64,000 bases of DNA from NCBI GenBank assembly GCA_019058445.1, contig JAHPZA010000003.1:250810-314809 (forward strand). Reading direction: 5' to 3'. Shown in pieces: positions 27,659 through 37,939 of the stretch. A model generated the notes under the pieces. The model saw nothing but the letters and a program-made list of their open reading frames with translations. It was not told where the DNA came from and searched no databases. The number at the start of each line of letters is the position of its first letter. Positions within the stretch are counted from its first letter, which is position 1. Made by a program: the position numbers and the translations under genes. The stretch comes from Promethearchaeota archaeon. GTDB taxonomy: Archaea > Asgardarchaeota > Lokiarchaeia > Sigyniarchaeales > SOKP01.

Positions 27659-29041
27659 TTAATTCTTGTTAATTTGATTTATTTTTATTTTGAATGAAAT
27701 TGCGGGTGAATCAGCTATTTTGGACGGGAGTTTAATTATTAAATTTCCATTTTGCATTTTCCATTTTAAATTTTCTTCATTACCAAGTAAATTAATTTGT
27801 ACGATATGTTCCAAGTTAACATTTTCAATAGAGACTTTTTCGGTCTCTGGTTTTCCCATTAATATTATATAGAGCATATCATTTTTTTGCGTAAATCTCA
27901 CAGAGATCCCTTCTGTGCTATTTCCTTTTGCCCTTATCCAGGGTCTCGTCCCAAAGATGGCATCTCCATTGACATCAAGCCATTCTCCGAGTCCCAATAG
28001 GCATTTTTTTTGCCCTTCTGGAATAGTACCATCGGCCATAGGACCCACATTCAATAACAAATTACCGTTTTTACTCACAATATCAATTAGCATTAAAATT
28101 ATTTGCTCTGCAGTTAAGTAATCCTCTTCAGATTCATATTTATTATTTCCAAAAGAATTACCTACTCCTCTACACGTTTCCCACTTTTTTTTCTTTATTT
28201 TTTTAAATACTACATATTCTGGTGTCGTGAAATCGCAGTGTGCTAATTTTGTGAACTTTTTCACTTTCGGAAGAAATTGTCTCCATCTATCGTTCACTAC
28301 TCCGTCGGGAATTTTATTATAAAAAAAGGCAAAAATTTCGAGAACATCTGTTCCAGGAGGATATCCCATATCCGCCCAGAGAATCTTTGGTTTATATTTA
28401 TCAATTAATTCATAAATATGGGTGTTTACATAATCAGTATATTCTGGTGGATTGATATAATTATTTAGAAAACTTGCTGCATCTTTAATGGGATTCAAGT
28501 TAAAGGACCAATCCCATGCAGTAGAATAATAAAATCCCATTTTCATTCCTTCTTTTTTGACTGCCTTAGTCAACTCTCCTACAAGATCTCTACTGGCAAT
28601 ATAGTTTTTTTTGTTAGGATTAGGTTGTTTACTCGGCCACAAGAGAAATCCATCACAATGTTTTGAAGTTAATACTATATATTTTGCCCCAGCTTTTTTG
28701 AAAAGGGCTACCCAATCGTCTGGATTCCATTTTTTGATTGCCTCATTGAAAATAGGAACAAAATCATCATATGAGAAATCTTTACCATAAGTATCATAAT
28801 GGTATTTTTGGGTGGGGCTGTTTGGAATTCGAAGCGAATTTAAATACCATTCAGCGTACGGATTGTTTTTAAAGTGTTCTTCTGGTCCTTTTTCCATTGA
28901 TTCTACAAGATCTATTCCAGTAATCGCGAAAGCGGGAACTGAATAGAGCCCCCAATGAATAAAGATTCCTAGTTTTGCATCATGATACCATTCCGGAACC
29001 TCATGTTGACTAATCGATTTCTTATCAGGTGTATAGTTCAT
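27659..29041 (-). CDS. Alpha-L-fucosidase (GH29)
   Basis: WYHDAKLGIFIHWGLYSVPA, YAEWY, KHCDGFLLWPS, LWAD, NDRW, VSKNGNLLLNVGP. Confidence 0.95.
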   Translation of the reverse strand: MNYTPDKKSISQHEVPEWYHDAKLGIFIHWGLYSVPAFAITGIDLVESMEKGPEEHFKNNPYAEWYLNSLRIPNSPTQKYHYDTYGKDFSYDDFVPIFNEAIKKWNPDDWVALFKKAGAKYIVLTSKHCDGFLLWPSKQPNPNKKNYIASRDLVGELTKAVKKEGMKMGFYYSTAWDWSFNLNPIKDAASFLNNYINPPEYTDYVNTHIYELIDKYKPKILWADMGYPPGTDVLEIFAFFYNKIPDGVVNDRWRQFLPKVKKFTKLAHCDFTTPEYVVFKKIKKKKWETCRGVGNSFGNNKYESEEDYLTAEQIILMLIDIVSKNGNLLLNVGPMADGTIPEGQKKCLLGLGEWLDVNGDAIFGTRPWIRAKGNSTEGISVRFTQKNDMLYIILMGKPETEKVSIENVNLEHIVQINLLGNEENLKWKMQNGNLIIKLPSKIADSPAISFKIKINQINKN

Positions 29042-29156
29042 TTTAATTTCATTTATTTATTTTTTTCAATCTCTCTTATTTTTACCGTTTCTTGTTTAAA
29101 TTTAACCTTCACTTTAGGTAAATTAAAGCTTTTTATTTCTTGCAATTAAACATTAA

Positions 29157-29300
29157 ATGATGATAAATAAATCCTATGAAATTGATGAATCGAGGTATCA
29201 GCGTTTTGACGAGAAAAATCATATGATTTTTCTTTCGATGTGGGATAAAAGTCTACCCACTTATAGACAAATGTTTTTTACTAAAGTGAAAAATATTTAA
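29157..29300 (+). other. 47-codon small ORF or gene remnant, resembling the N-terminus of reductive-dehalogenase-like proteins
   Basis: MMINKSYEIDESRYQRFDEKNHMIFLSMWDKSLPTYRQMFFTKVKNI*; higher GC than flanking intergenic DNA; the family resemblance is from memory only. Confidence 0.35.
29212..29233. repeat. Perfect 22-bp palindrome
   Basis: AGAAAAATCAT|ATGATTTTTCT. Confidence 0.9.
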
Positions 29301-29318
29301 TTTTAATATCTAATAAAA

Positions 29319-30374
29319 GTGGAAAAAATGAATAAAATTAAAGTTGGAATAATCGGTTCTGGATTTATTGCAGAACATCATTGCTATTCCTATAGTTTAT
29401 TACCTAATGTTGAGATCGTAGGACTTTCCTCGCTTTTAAAGGATCAAGCTACGGATTTAATGAAAAAATTTGGAATTCCAGGAGATCCGCTTAAGGATTA
29501 TAAAGATTTATTGAAAATTGAATGCGATGTAATATCTATTTGCGTGCCTAATTTTCTGCATAAGGATATTACAATTGATGTAATTAATTCAGGGAAACAT
29601 GCTTTGGTAGAGAAACCCTTAGCTCGATATGTTTCAGAGGGTAAAGAGATGCTTGATGCTTCTGAGTCTGCGAACCGAAAAATATTTTATTGCGAAAATA
29701 ATATGTATGCCCCGACTTTTAGTAAAGTTAAAGAGATTATTGATGAGGGTGGTTTAGGACGAATATATATGGGCAGAGGAAAAGAACAACATTCTGGACC
29801 GCATTCCGCTTGGTTTTATAAAAAGGATAAAGCTGGTGGAGGAGCTTTAGTTGATCTTGGGATACATGATATCGCTTGCTTAGTTTGGTATTTAGGATGC
29901 AAAGTAAAAGAAGTTTTCTGCCAAATTAAGACTATTGTTCCTAACAGAGGGGAATTTGGTACATGTGAAGTAGAAGATAATGCCGTCGGGGTGCTTTATT
30001 TTGAAAATGACGCTCAAGTTATAATCGAAGAATCATGGACCGCTCCGGGGGGATATGATATGCGTTTTGAATTATTCGGAACTGAAGGTCAAATTAAAGT
30101 CGCTCCTACATTTAGCAATCTAATCAGTGTATATAGTGAAAAAGGGTACGGATATGCAGTTGAAAAGGCCAGTACTACTGCAGGGTGGACTTTTCCGGTT
30201 CCGGCTGAAGCATGGAATTTTGGTTACCCTCAAGAAATTAAACATTTTATTGACTGTATTATTGAAAATAAAGAACCTCTCACAGATGGGAAATATGGGC
30301 AAGAAATTTTAACAATCGTGGAAGCCATGTATAAAAGCGCTGAGAGTAAAAAAATAGAAGAAGTAAATTACTAA
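29319..30374 (+). CDS. Gfo/Idh/MocA family oxidoreductase
   Basis: KVGIIGSGFIA, PNFLH, LVEKPLA, GGGALVDLGIHDI, EDNA. Confidence 0.92.
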   Translation: MEKMNKIKVGIIGSGFIAEHHCYSYSLLPNVEIVGLSSLLKDQATDLMKKFGIPGDPLKDYKDLLKIECDVISICVPNFLHKDITIDVINSGKHALVEKPLARYVSEGKEMLDASESANRKIFYCENNMYAPTFSKVKEIIDEGGLGRIYMGRGKEQHSGPHSAWFYKKDKAGGGALVDLGIHDIACLVWYLGCKVKEVFCQIKTIVPNRGEFGTCEVEDNAVGVLYFENDAQVIIEESWTAPGGYDMRFELFGTEGQIKVAPTFSNLISVYSEKGYGYAVEKASTTAGWTFPVPAEAWNFGYPQEIKHFIDCIIENKEPLTDGKYGQEILTIVEAMYKSAESKKIEEVNY

Positions 30375-30398
30375 TTTTTTATTAATTATTCTTAAAAA

Positions 30399-32285
30399 TT
30401 AAAATCGGTATTTCCCTTGAGATATCCTTTCATAGATTTCGTTTGTGAGAGGAACAAATTCAGAACTTTCAGGTAAAAGAACAGATAGGGGATCATCTAA
30501 CTCATTAATATTAAAACCCTCTTTTTTTAGTTTCACCTTTTGAATCTTATGTGTCGCGGTAAAGCTAAACTCCGTAATAAAACGGATAAATTTAGGTACT
30601 GCATAATGCGGTAAATACTTTTGCACGAAAGTTAAAAATTCATTGAAATCAAATTCATCGTTATTCCTTTTATGTATTGATACCATTCCTGCACGACCCT
30701 CTGTATGCGGAATTATAACGCCATATACCGAACACATATCAATTTGATGAAAAGTATTAATTACCGATTCGACTTCTTCAGTAGAGACGTTCTCACCTTT
30801 CCACCTGAATGTATCGCCTAAACGATCGACAAATTGAACATGTCCATACCCAATATCCCTTAAAAGATCTCCAGTATTGATGTACATATCTTCCTTTCTA
30901 AAAACATCTCGAAAAACTTTCTTCTCCGTCGCTTCTTTGTCTTTATACATATAAAATTTCTCAGGCTCGACTATTTGACCTAAGCATAACCCAACTTCAC
31001 CTTTCTTTACTTTTTTCATGCGACCCTTTTCTGTTCTAAACGGCTCATCTTTTTCAAGATCGTATCTCACAATGGCATAAGGGGTCATACATACTCCGCA
31101 AGATTTATCTATATTGTGGATATTGGCAAAATTAGGTACAAAATCTTCTGTAGCCCCATAAAATTCTCTTATTTCTTGAATATTAAACCGTTTTTTAAAA
31201 TCCATCCAAATATCTGGTCTAAGTCCATTTCCAACTATTTTTTCAATTGGATTGTCACCATCGTTAGGTTTTGGCGGTTGATTATATAAATATCGGCATA
31301 TTTCTCCTACATAATTGAAACAGTTAGCGTTGAACTTACGAGCTTCATCCCAAAATTTACTAGCGCTGAATTTCCTAGCGATTGCCATTGCTGATCCTCT
31401 ATAAAGTGCTGCAGCAAATGCTACCTTTATTCCGTGTGAATGGAATAATGGAGTTGTGACATAAATAATATCCTCTGGTTTCATTCCAACCACCATAGCG
31501 CCCCACCAATTCATTGCTGTTAATATTGATCTTTGCTTTAAAATTGCAGCCTTAGGCAGTCCCGTGGTACCTGATGTGAAGATGTAAACAAATGGATCAT
31601 CCATTATAATCTCGGAAGTAGTTGGAGGATTTTTTGTACTAGAATCCTTAATTTTTTCCTTAAGATTGATATACCCCTCTGGTGTACTCATTTCTCCTTT
31701 ATCAGGCAAAAAGAAGAGCATTTTTTTTTGTTCATTGGATAATTCCAGTTTAGATTTCACCTCTTCAAACGCTTGAAAAAGTTCTTCTCCAATGATATAA
31801 AGCTTCCCGGGAGTATGTTTCATACTATGAATAAGAGGTATTTGACGTAGATTGGTGTTAATTAATGAAGAAACTACTCCTAATTTACCTAATGCCACAA
31901 TTATAAACATGTATTGTGAGCGATTTTCCACAAAAACAACAGCCTCATCCCCTCTTTTCAGCCCTAATTCTATAAAATAGTTGGCATAACGATTAATATA
32001 TTCGTTAAATTCTTTATGAGTATATTTTTCATCCTCATATAAAAGAGCCCAGTTATCGGGATATTCTACTGCATGTTCTTCAATCCGAAGTCCTATAGAG
32101 TACTTGGATTCAGGTGGATGCGCTTCTATCCATGCTGCTCCCTGCAATATCAATGGAGTTTTTTCATCCCATGATGGCTGGATTTTAGCTTTATATTTTT
32201 CTTTTGATATGACGTAAGGTTTCGTTTCCTCTCCGTTTTGAGTAGTTTCTCCTGATAATGGAATTTCTGATTTTTGATCGTTCAT
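30399..32285 (-). CDS. Long-chain acyl-CoA synthetase, FATP/VLACS type
   Basis: YIFTSGTTGLPKAA, EFYGATE, NTGDLL, FVDRLGDTFRWKGENVST, EGRAGM. Confidence 0.92.
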   Translation of the reverse strand: MNDQKSEIPLSGETTQNGEETKPYVISKEKYKAKIQPSWDEKTPLILQGAAWIEAHPPESKYSIGLRIEEHAVEYPDNWALLYEDEKYTHKEFNEYINRYANYFIELGLKRGDEAVVFVENRSQYMFIIVALGKLGVVSSLINTNLRQIPLIHSMKHTPGKLYIIGEELFQAFEEVKSKLELSNEQKKMLFFLPDKGEMSTPEGYINLKEKIKDSSTKNPPTTSEIIMDDPFVYIFTSGTTGLPKAAILKQRSILTAMNWWGAMVVGMKPEDIIYVTTPLFHSHGIKVAFAAALYRGSAMAIARKFSASKFWDEARKFNANCFNYVGEICRYLYNQPPKPNDGDNPIEKIVGNGLRPDIWMDFKKRFNIQEIREFYGATEDFVPNFANIHNIDKSCGVCMTPYAIVRYDLEKDEPFRTEKGRMKKVKKGEVGLCLGQIVEPEKFYMYKDKEATEKKVFRDVFRKEDMYINTGDLLRDIGYGHVQFVDRLGDTFRWKGENVSTEEVESVINTFHQIDMCSVYGVIIPHTEGRAGMVSIHKRNNDEFDFNEFLTFVQKYLPHYAVPKFIRFITEFSFTATHKIQKVKLKKEGFNINELDDPLSVLLPESSEFVPLTNEIYERISQGKYRF

Positions 32286-32411
32286 TTTCCATCGTTATTA
32301 AGAATAAAATATTATGGGCAAGAAAATGTTAAAATGTTAAAAAAATTTAGTAATTATTCTTCGAAATAGAGAAATTTTAAAATCAAATTTAGAATAATAA
32401 AAAAAATTAGA

Positions 32412-32762
32412 TTAAAACTGTTTATATTCTCCTTTGTACCACCATCTCTGAGATTTTCGCAATTCTTGAGGCATATCTTCATAGGGTGAAATTTCCTCAT
32501 CTAATTTACAATCAGAACCATATCGATGTTGATTTCCAGGATGAACAAAACCGGTTCTCGCGATTCCATTTGCTGCTCGCAGGGAAGTTCTTCGTGCTAT
32601 AAGAGAAGCTCCCTTAATGTAGAAATATCTCCATTTATTTTCGTCTTCGACAAGCTCAATAAATATTCCTTCATCCATACTATTATCAGATTCGATGGGT
32701 TCGAACTTACCAGTAGTTTCATTCCATTTTAATAATAAGTTCTTAGGTTTTTCTTCGTTCAT
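32412..32762 (-). CDS. Hypothetical protein (possible single gelsolin-like domain)
   Basis: 116-aa ORF in a same-strand gene run; IFIELVEDENKWRYFYIKGASLIARRTSLRAANGI resembles a gelsolin strand-strand-long-helix core. Confidence 0.6.
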   Translation of the reverse strand: MNEEKPKNLLLKWNETTGKFEPIESDNSMDEGIFIELVEDENKWRYFYIKGASLIARRTSLRAANGIARTGFVHPGNQHRYGSDCKLDEEISPYEDMPQELRKSQRWWYKGEYKQF

Positions 32763-32825
32763 TTTACCGTTAAATTTTTTGGATTTTTTTTCAAATATTA
32801 AAATTTGATAATATAATAGTGTACT

Positions 32826-34031
32826 TTATTTTAAAGATTTAATAAAATCAACCACAAAATCAAGTTTTTCTTTTGAAGCCAAAAGCATCTCATGGGGGAA
32901 TTCAATACTCCGAGAATATATATCCGAAACGATAGGGAAATTTTTATCATCACTTTTGGTACCTCCCCAATTTGCATTCGAATAATCTATTCCTTTTCGC
33001 AAATCCATATTTTTAAAGCAATCTAATCTATGTAAAGGAGGATAACAATCATCTGTAGGAATTTCATTGCGATTCAATTTTTCTTTAAATTCTAATTTTG
33101 AAATATTCCCAAATTTTTCGGGTTCGAAAATAAAAGGATACACATAATAACCCAATTTCTCAGTACCGGGAGTAGGATTCATAACTCGAATGCCATCAAT
33201 ATTATTAAGTTTTTTCATGAAATACTGAGCATTTTGATTCCTTAATTTGTGCTGGGCAGGAAATTTTTTAATTTGTTCCAATAAGATTGCTGCCTGATAT
33301 TCAGACATACGATAATTTGTACCATATATAAAATGAGCATAACCATATCCATTCTTTTTTCTTCCACAGTCAGAGATTGAATATATTAAATCAGCTAACT
33401 CATCTTCATTAGTAATGACTGCCCCTCCTTCTCCTGCCGTTAAAACCTTAGAAGCTTGAAAACTAAAGGACCCAGCATGCCCCCAATTTCCTACATGTTT
33501 TCCTTTATATTTTGATCCGTGAGCATGTGCACTATCTTCTACAACTTTTAAATTATGTTTATCTGCAATTTCCATTAGTTTATCCATTTCGACAGGATTT
33601 CCAGCCAAATGCACAGGAACTATAGCTTTCGTTCTTGTAGTGATTAATCCCTCGACTTTATTAACATCCATAACAAAAGTATCTGGATCTATATCACAAA
33701 AAATAGGAACAGCGTTAGTAGCAACCACCGCAGATGCTGAAGCTACAAAGGTATAATCTGAGACTATAACTTCATCCCCTAGTCCTATTCCTAATGCTAA
33801 TAAAGCAACTTCAATAGCTACAGTACCATTAAAAACTGCTATACAATGCTTAGCACCTTGAAATTTAGCAAAATCTTCTTGGAATTTCCATACATTCTCT
33901 CCTTGGTGAACTCCTGGAGCACCACACCACCAATTTCCTGACTTAATAACATTTGCTAAAGCCTCAACTTCTGAACTATCATAAATTGGCCATTTAGGGA
34001 ATTGCCTTTTTGCCTCTTGTTTAAATGACAT
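32826..34031 (-). CDS. DegT/DnrJ/EryC1/StrS PLP aminotransferase (RifK/inosose aminotransferase-like)
   Basis: FPKWP..SGNWW, NGTVA, EDSAHAHG, SFSFQASKVLTAGEGG, GTNYRMSE. Confidence 0.92.
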   Translation of the reverse strand: MSFKQEAKRQFPKWPIYDSSEVEALANVIKSGNWWCGAPGVHQGENVWKFQEDFAKFQGAKHCIAVFNGTVAIEVALLALGIGLGDEVIVSDYTFVASASAVVATNAVPIFCDIDPDTFVMDVNKVEGLITTRTKAIVPVHLAGNPVEMDKLMEIADKHNLKVVEDSAHAHGSKYKGKHVGNWGHAGSFSFQASKVLTAGEGGAVITNEDELADLIYSISDCGRKKNGYGYAHFIYGTNYRMSEYQAAILLEQIKKFPAQHKLRNQNAQYFMKKLNNIDGIRVMNPTPGTEKLGYYVYPFIFEPEKFGNISKLEFKEKLNRNEIPTDDCYPPLHRLDCFKNMDLRKGIDYSNANWGGTKSDDKNFPIVSDIYSRSIEFPHEMLLASKEKLDFVVDFIKSLK

Positions 34032-34102
34032 TATTACACAACTCTTAATTTAATATTAGGATAATAAAATTATGAATAATTAAAAAAAAGTATTTTTTTA
34101 GA

Positions 34103-35518
34103 TTATTGGTTTTTTACCTCATCAAAAAGATTTAGTACTTCTTTAATGGTATATTCACCACATTTTGGACTGAAACTTGCAACTGGTTCATAACCTCCAA
34201 TTTCTATATACTCCCTAGGAGAGAATAAATAGGCAATCCAGTCGTTAGCATTTTGAAAGATAAATGTATCTTCTTTTCCAGTAGGTGATTTTTTAAACAA
34301 GATTTTACCAAGATCTTCAAATAACTCTCCCGGAACGGTTAAAATACTTAACTTATTTTCTGCTTTATTTGATTTTAACCTTAACCTTACATATTGTATA
34401 ATAGAATAGCAATGGAATCGAAAAGGCTTACGTTTAATTATAAATGCTGGAAAATTAGCATTTTCGCTTAAGATCTTAGTCACGGGGAGAATTAGATATT
34501 TTTTTATTATAAAGGATAGTTTATTTTGAGACCAAGCAGGGGTAAAATATTTATAATCTTTAAAAGGAATCCAATAATGCCTTACTTCAGCAATAAATTC
34601 CAATTCTTGATAATATTCCTCACTTTTGATGGATTGAGCCATTTTTAAAGCCTTTTTTGCGATAATATTTCCTATCCTTTGCGTATCATCATAAGTACCA
34701 GATTGACCATACATTTTTTTTCTGCCCTCTTTACCAGCATTTTCTAATTCGTTGTAATTTGTGCCACATGTGGTTATTGGATTTAAATCTGCGGAGGGAC
34801 CATTAAAATACACTGCTTCTATTGTGTTATTAGTTAATTCATTAATATTATTGATAATCCTACCGGGATATTCCGCTGATATCTTGTTATTTTCACCGGG
34901 GAGTGTCGTTGGATGACAAGCATAATTAATGATAAACCCTATCATTTCATTATTGTCAAATCTACGAAATGTAATTACTCCTAGTTCGGGAGTGGATCTT
35001 CTGGATGGATGCCTTCGATTTATAACTATATCCGGATTAAAAGGTGTTTTCATCCACGCCATTTTGCAGGGAATTAATTTGTCAAATAGTTTTTGGACCA
35101 TTTTTACTATTTTATCTACAAAATAGACGACATATTTATCATTTCTATTCATGCCGAACATAATTCCTTTTATTGCGTTAAATATTCCCCCTGGAAATTG
35201 AAATTCTCCAGTTAGATCAGGAGCAGAATGAGTATGGGTACAGTGAATTAAGATTTGTTCTGGACTTAAAAAGTCAAAAAGTTTTTTTATTTTAAGTTTA
35301 ATATAATCTGCTATACTCATTGGGATTTTAAGTAAATCTAATGAAATTAATAGCAAATATTTATTAACAATATCTTTATTTGAAGCTTCTAGTAGAATTC
35401 CATATGCAAATATGTCATCTAACTTACCTAAGCATGGATCAGGACGAGTATATCCGGCCATTGGCATGCCAATATAGTTTTTAGGCGTAATTGTTATATT
35501 GTCAAATGCTACTCTCAT
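34103..35518 (-). CDS. Neutral/alkaline ceramidase-like hydrolase
   Basis: ITP..MAGY, HCTHTHSAP, NRR, NYACHPT, PGELF, GGYE. Confidence 0.75.
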   Translation of the reverse strand: MRVAFDNITITPKNYIGMPMAGYTRPDPCLGKLDDIFAYGILLEASNKDIVNKYLLLISLDLLKIPMSIADYIKLKIKKLFDFLSPEQILIHCTHTHSAPDLTGEFQFPGGIFNAIKGIMFGMNRNDKYVVYFVDKIVKMVQKLFDKLIPCKMAWMKTPFNPDIVINRRHPSRRSTPELGVITFRRFDNNEMIGFIINYACHPTTLPGENNKISAEYPGRIINNINELTNNTIEAVYFNGPSADLNPITTCGTNYNELENAGKEGRKKMYGQSGTYDDTQRIGNIIAKKALKMAQSIKSEEYYQELEFIAEVRHYWIPFKDYKYFTPAWSQNKLSFIIKKYLILPVTKILSENANFPAFIIKRKPFRFHCYSIIQYVRLRLKSNKAENKLSILTVPGELFEDLGKILFKKSPTGKEDTFIFQNANDWIAYLFSPREYIEIGGYEPVASFSPKCGEYTIKEVLNLFDEVKNQ

Positions 35519-35644
35519 GATTTATCAGTTTAAGTTATGAATTGAATTTATAACAAATTCTTTTTGAATTTTATTTAGTATTTAGATTATTAATCATTTC
35601 TCATAGAATTTTTCATTTTAGGAAAAAAAAAAGAAAAATTAGTT

Positions 35645-36370
35645 TTAATCTTTCTTAATTAAAGCTTTCTTTATTATATCTGGTAAGGTAAATCCAATAT
35701 AAAATTCAGTAAATGAGGTAATCTGAACTATTCTTGCGAGTGTTTCTGTTAAAGCTGTTGCCTCAAAAGCAATATCCAAAATAGCACCAATTACAAATGA
35801 GATTAAGGCTATTAAAATAAACTTTCCTTTTAACCGAACTTCTTTATTGTCTGATTTTAGAGATCCACGAGCAAAGAAAAAACCTGCGATTAGAAAAATA
35901 AGCATCAAACATAAATAATAATATATAAGTATCGGCGCTTCCCGATAATATCTGCTTCCATAAGGTATTAGAATCAATGTAGGCTGTACTAAAATCGCAT
36001 ACACTAAAAATGTTTCAAATACCACCAGTTGTACTATAATGATTCCTAATATTATCTTCTGTTTTTCTTTATATAATAGATCTGTTATTAATGTGAGCCA
36101 TGTTAAACTTGCAAAAGCTACTAATGCAATTCCAAGATAAATTATTTCAACTGGTGGAGTGATACCTATTAATAAAATTGTAAGAAAATCAATTACTGTA
36201 TATACATATGGCATTATCATTAGTATTAATGTTATACCCGCTAAATAAAACTCTCTTCTCTTATGTTCAAAATACTTTAAACAAATTTTTATACCCAAAA
36301 CTACCGCAATGGAAACAAAAATTAATGTAAATAGCCCTTGTAAAAACTCTAATTGTGTAAGTTCAACCAT
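35645..36370 (-). CDS. Hypothetical 7-TM membrane protein
   Basis: About seven hydrophobic helices; ends FYIGFTLP. Confidence 0.75.
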   Translation of the reverse strand: MVELTQLEFLQGLFTLIFVSIAVVLGIKICLKYFEHKRREFYLAGITLILMIMPYVYTVIDFLTILLIGITPPVEIIYLGIALVAFASLTWLTLITDLLYKEKQKIILGIIIVQLVVFETFLVYAILVQPTLILIPYGSRYYREAPILIYYYLCLMLIFLIAGFFFARGSLKSDNKEVRLKGKFILIALISFVIGAILDIAFEATALTETLARIVQITSFTEFYIGFTLPDIIKKALIKKD

Positions 36371-36534
36371 AATAATTCCCGTTGAAAATAAATTATTATA
36401 TATTATTCTTTGAGATGATTGAATTTAAAGTTTTATCAATTTCATTATTATTATTAGTAGTGATTATTAACAATTGAATTAAGCCTAGTTTACAATCATA
36501 AATTTATTTAAGGAAGATTGTAGAATTAATTAAT

Positions 36535-37884
36535 ATGAATAATAGTACTAAAAATAGTTCAATTCTTTCTTTATTACTTTTTATTACAATAGTGGCAATA
36601 ATTAATTCTGCTCAGTATATGATTTCTCCGAATCTACTGGTTATTTCAAAATATTTTGGATTTGGTAAAAATATAACTCCATTAGGAATCTTAGCTTTTT
36701 CATTTATCATCTTATCAGGAGTATCTATGCTCATATTCGGTTATTTAGCCGATAAGATTGTAAGAAAATGGATTTTATTCTGTGGGGTTATAATTTATTC
36801 TATTTCATCAATATTTACAATTACTGTTCCTCCTGGAATAAATGGTTATTATCTGTTTTTTCTTCTAACAATTATTATTGGAATTGGATTTGGAGCGATA
36901 ATTCCAAGCACTTTTTCATTAATAGGAGATATTGTTTCTAAAGAAGATAGATCTAAGGGATTATCATTTTTTTCTATAGCCTCTCTATTTGGTTTGTTTG
37001 TAGGGACTGGATTAGCTATATTTGCAGGTACTGCAGATTGGAGGTTCCCATTTTTGATTATAGGGATTACAGGAATTATAGTAGCAATTATAATTCTATT
37101 TTTTAAGGAACCCTCTAGGATTGGAAAAGATTATTTTAATGTATTAGAAAAAGGTGCAATAGATTATACATATAGAATAAAATTCTCTGACTTAAATATA
37201 ATCTTCAAAAAAAAGTCTAATATTTGGTTGATTATCAATTTTGTGGATACTATCCCTACAGGTATAATTTTATTTCTGCTTTTTGCCTATATGGAGAATT
37301 ATCATAATCTAAAAGGAACAATCCCATTGATTGTATTATTACTTACACTGTTAAGCACTTTAATAGGTACCATTATCTTTGGATTTGTTGGAGATAATTC
37401 TTTTAAGAAAGGAAATAAGAGGGCAAGAGTGAAATTGGCTCTCTTAGGGAATATAATTCCAATCCCCTTCGTATATATTGCTTTAGTATTTCCTTTCTGG
37501 GTTCCTGATAATGCAACAATAGTAGAAGTATTTTTAATTCCAGGATTTCTAATTATGTTAATCTTTCTTATAATTGGATTATTCGCAAATGGCGCTGTAA
37601 ATGGAAATTGGTACGCTACAGTTGTAGATTTAAATTTGCCAGAACATCGTGGAACTGTTCTGTCAAGTGCCAATTTTTTTGATATCATTGGTAGGGCTTT
37701 GGGACCGCTAATTGGTGCAATAATAGCAGACAATTATGGATTTGTATGGGGTATGGCTATTTCAATTATCTTTTGGATCTTCATCCCCGTCTTTTGGATT
37801 TCAGTAATGAAAAATTGTGTATCTGAGATGGAAGCAACCGAAGCGATATTTGCAGAAAGAATAAAATCTATGAAAAATAATTAA
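36535..37884 (+). CDS. MFS transporter (not of the GPH type)
   Basis: FGYLADKIVRK motif A; about 12 TM segments. Confidence 0.88.
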   Translation: MNNSTKNSSILSLLLFITIVAIINSAQYMISPNLLVISKYFGFGKNITPLGILAFSFIILSGVSMLIFGYLADKIVRKWILFCGVIIYSISSIFTITVPPGINGYYLFFLLTIIIGIGFGAIIPSTFSLIGDIVSKEDRSKGLSFFSIASLFGLFVGTGLAIFAGTADWRFPFLIIGITGIIVAIIILFFKEPSRIGKDYFNVLEKGAIDYTYRIKFSDLNIIFKKKSNIWLIINFVDTIPTGIILFLLFAYMENYHNLKGTIPLIVLLLTLLSTLIGTIIFGFVGDNSFKKGNKRARVKLALLGNIIPIPFVYIALVFPFWVPDNATIVEVFLIPGFLIMLIFLIIGLFANGAVNGNWYATVVDLNLPEHRGTVLSSANFFDIIGRALGPLIGAIIADNYGFVWGMAISIIFWIFIPVFWISVMKNCVSEMEATEAIFAERIKSMKNN

Positions 37885-37939
37885 CATCAAAATATCTTTA
37901 TTTTTAAATTATTTAGATAACAAAAAGTGAAAATCTCAC

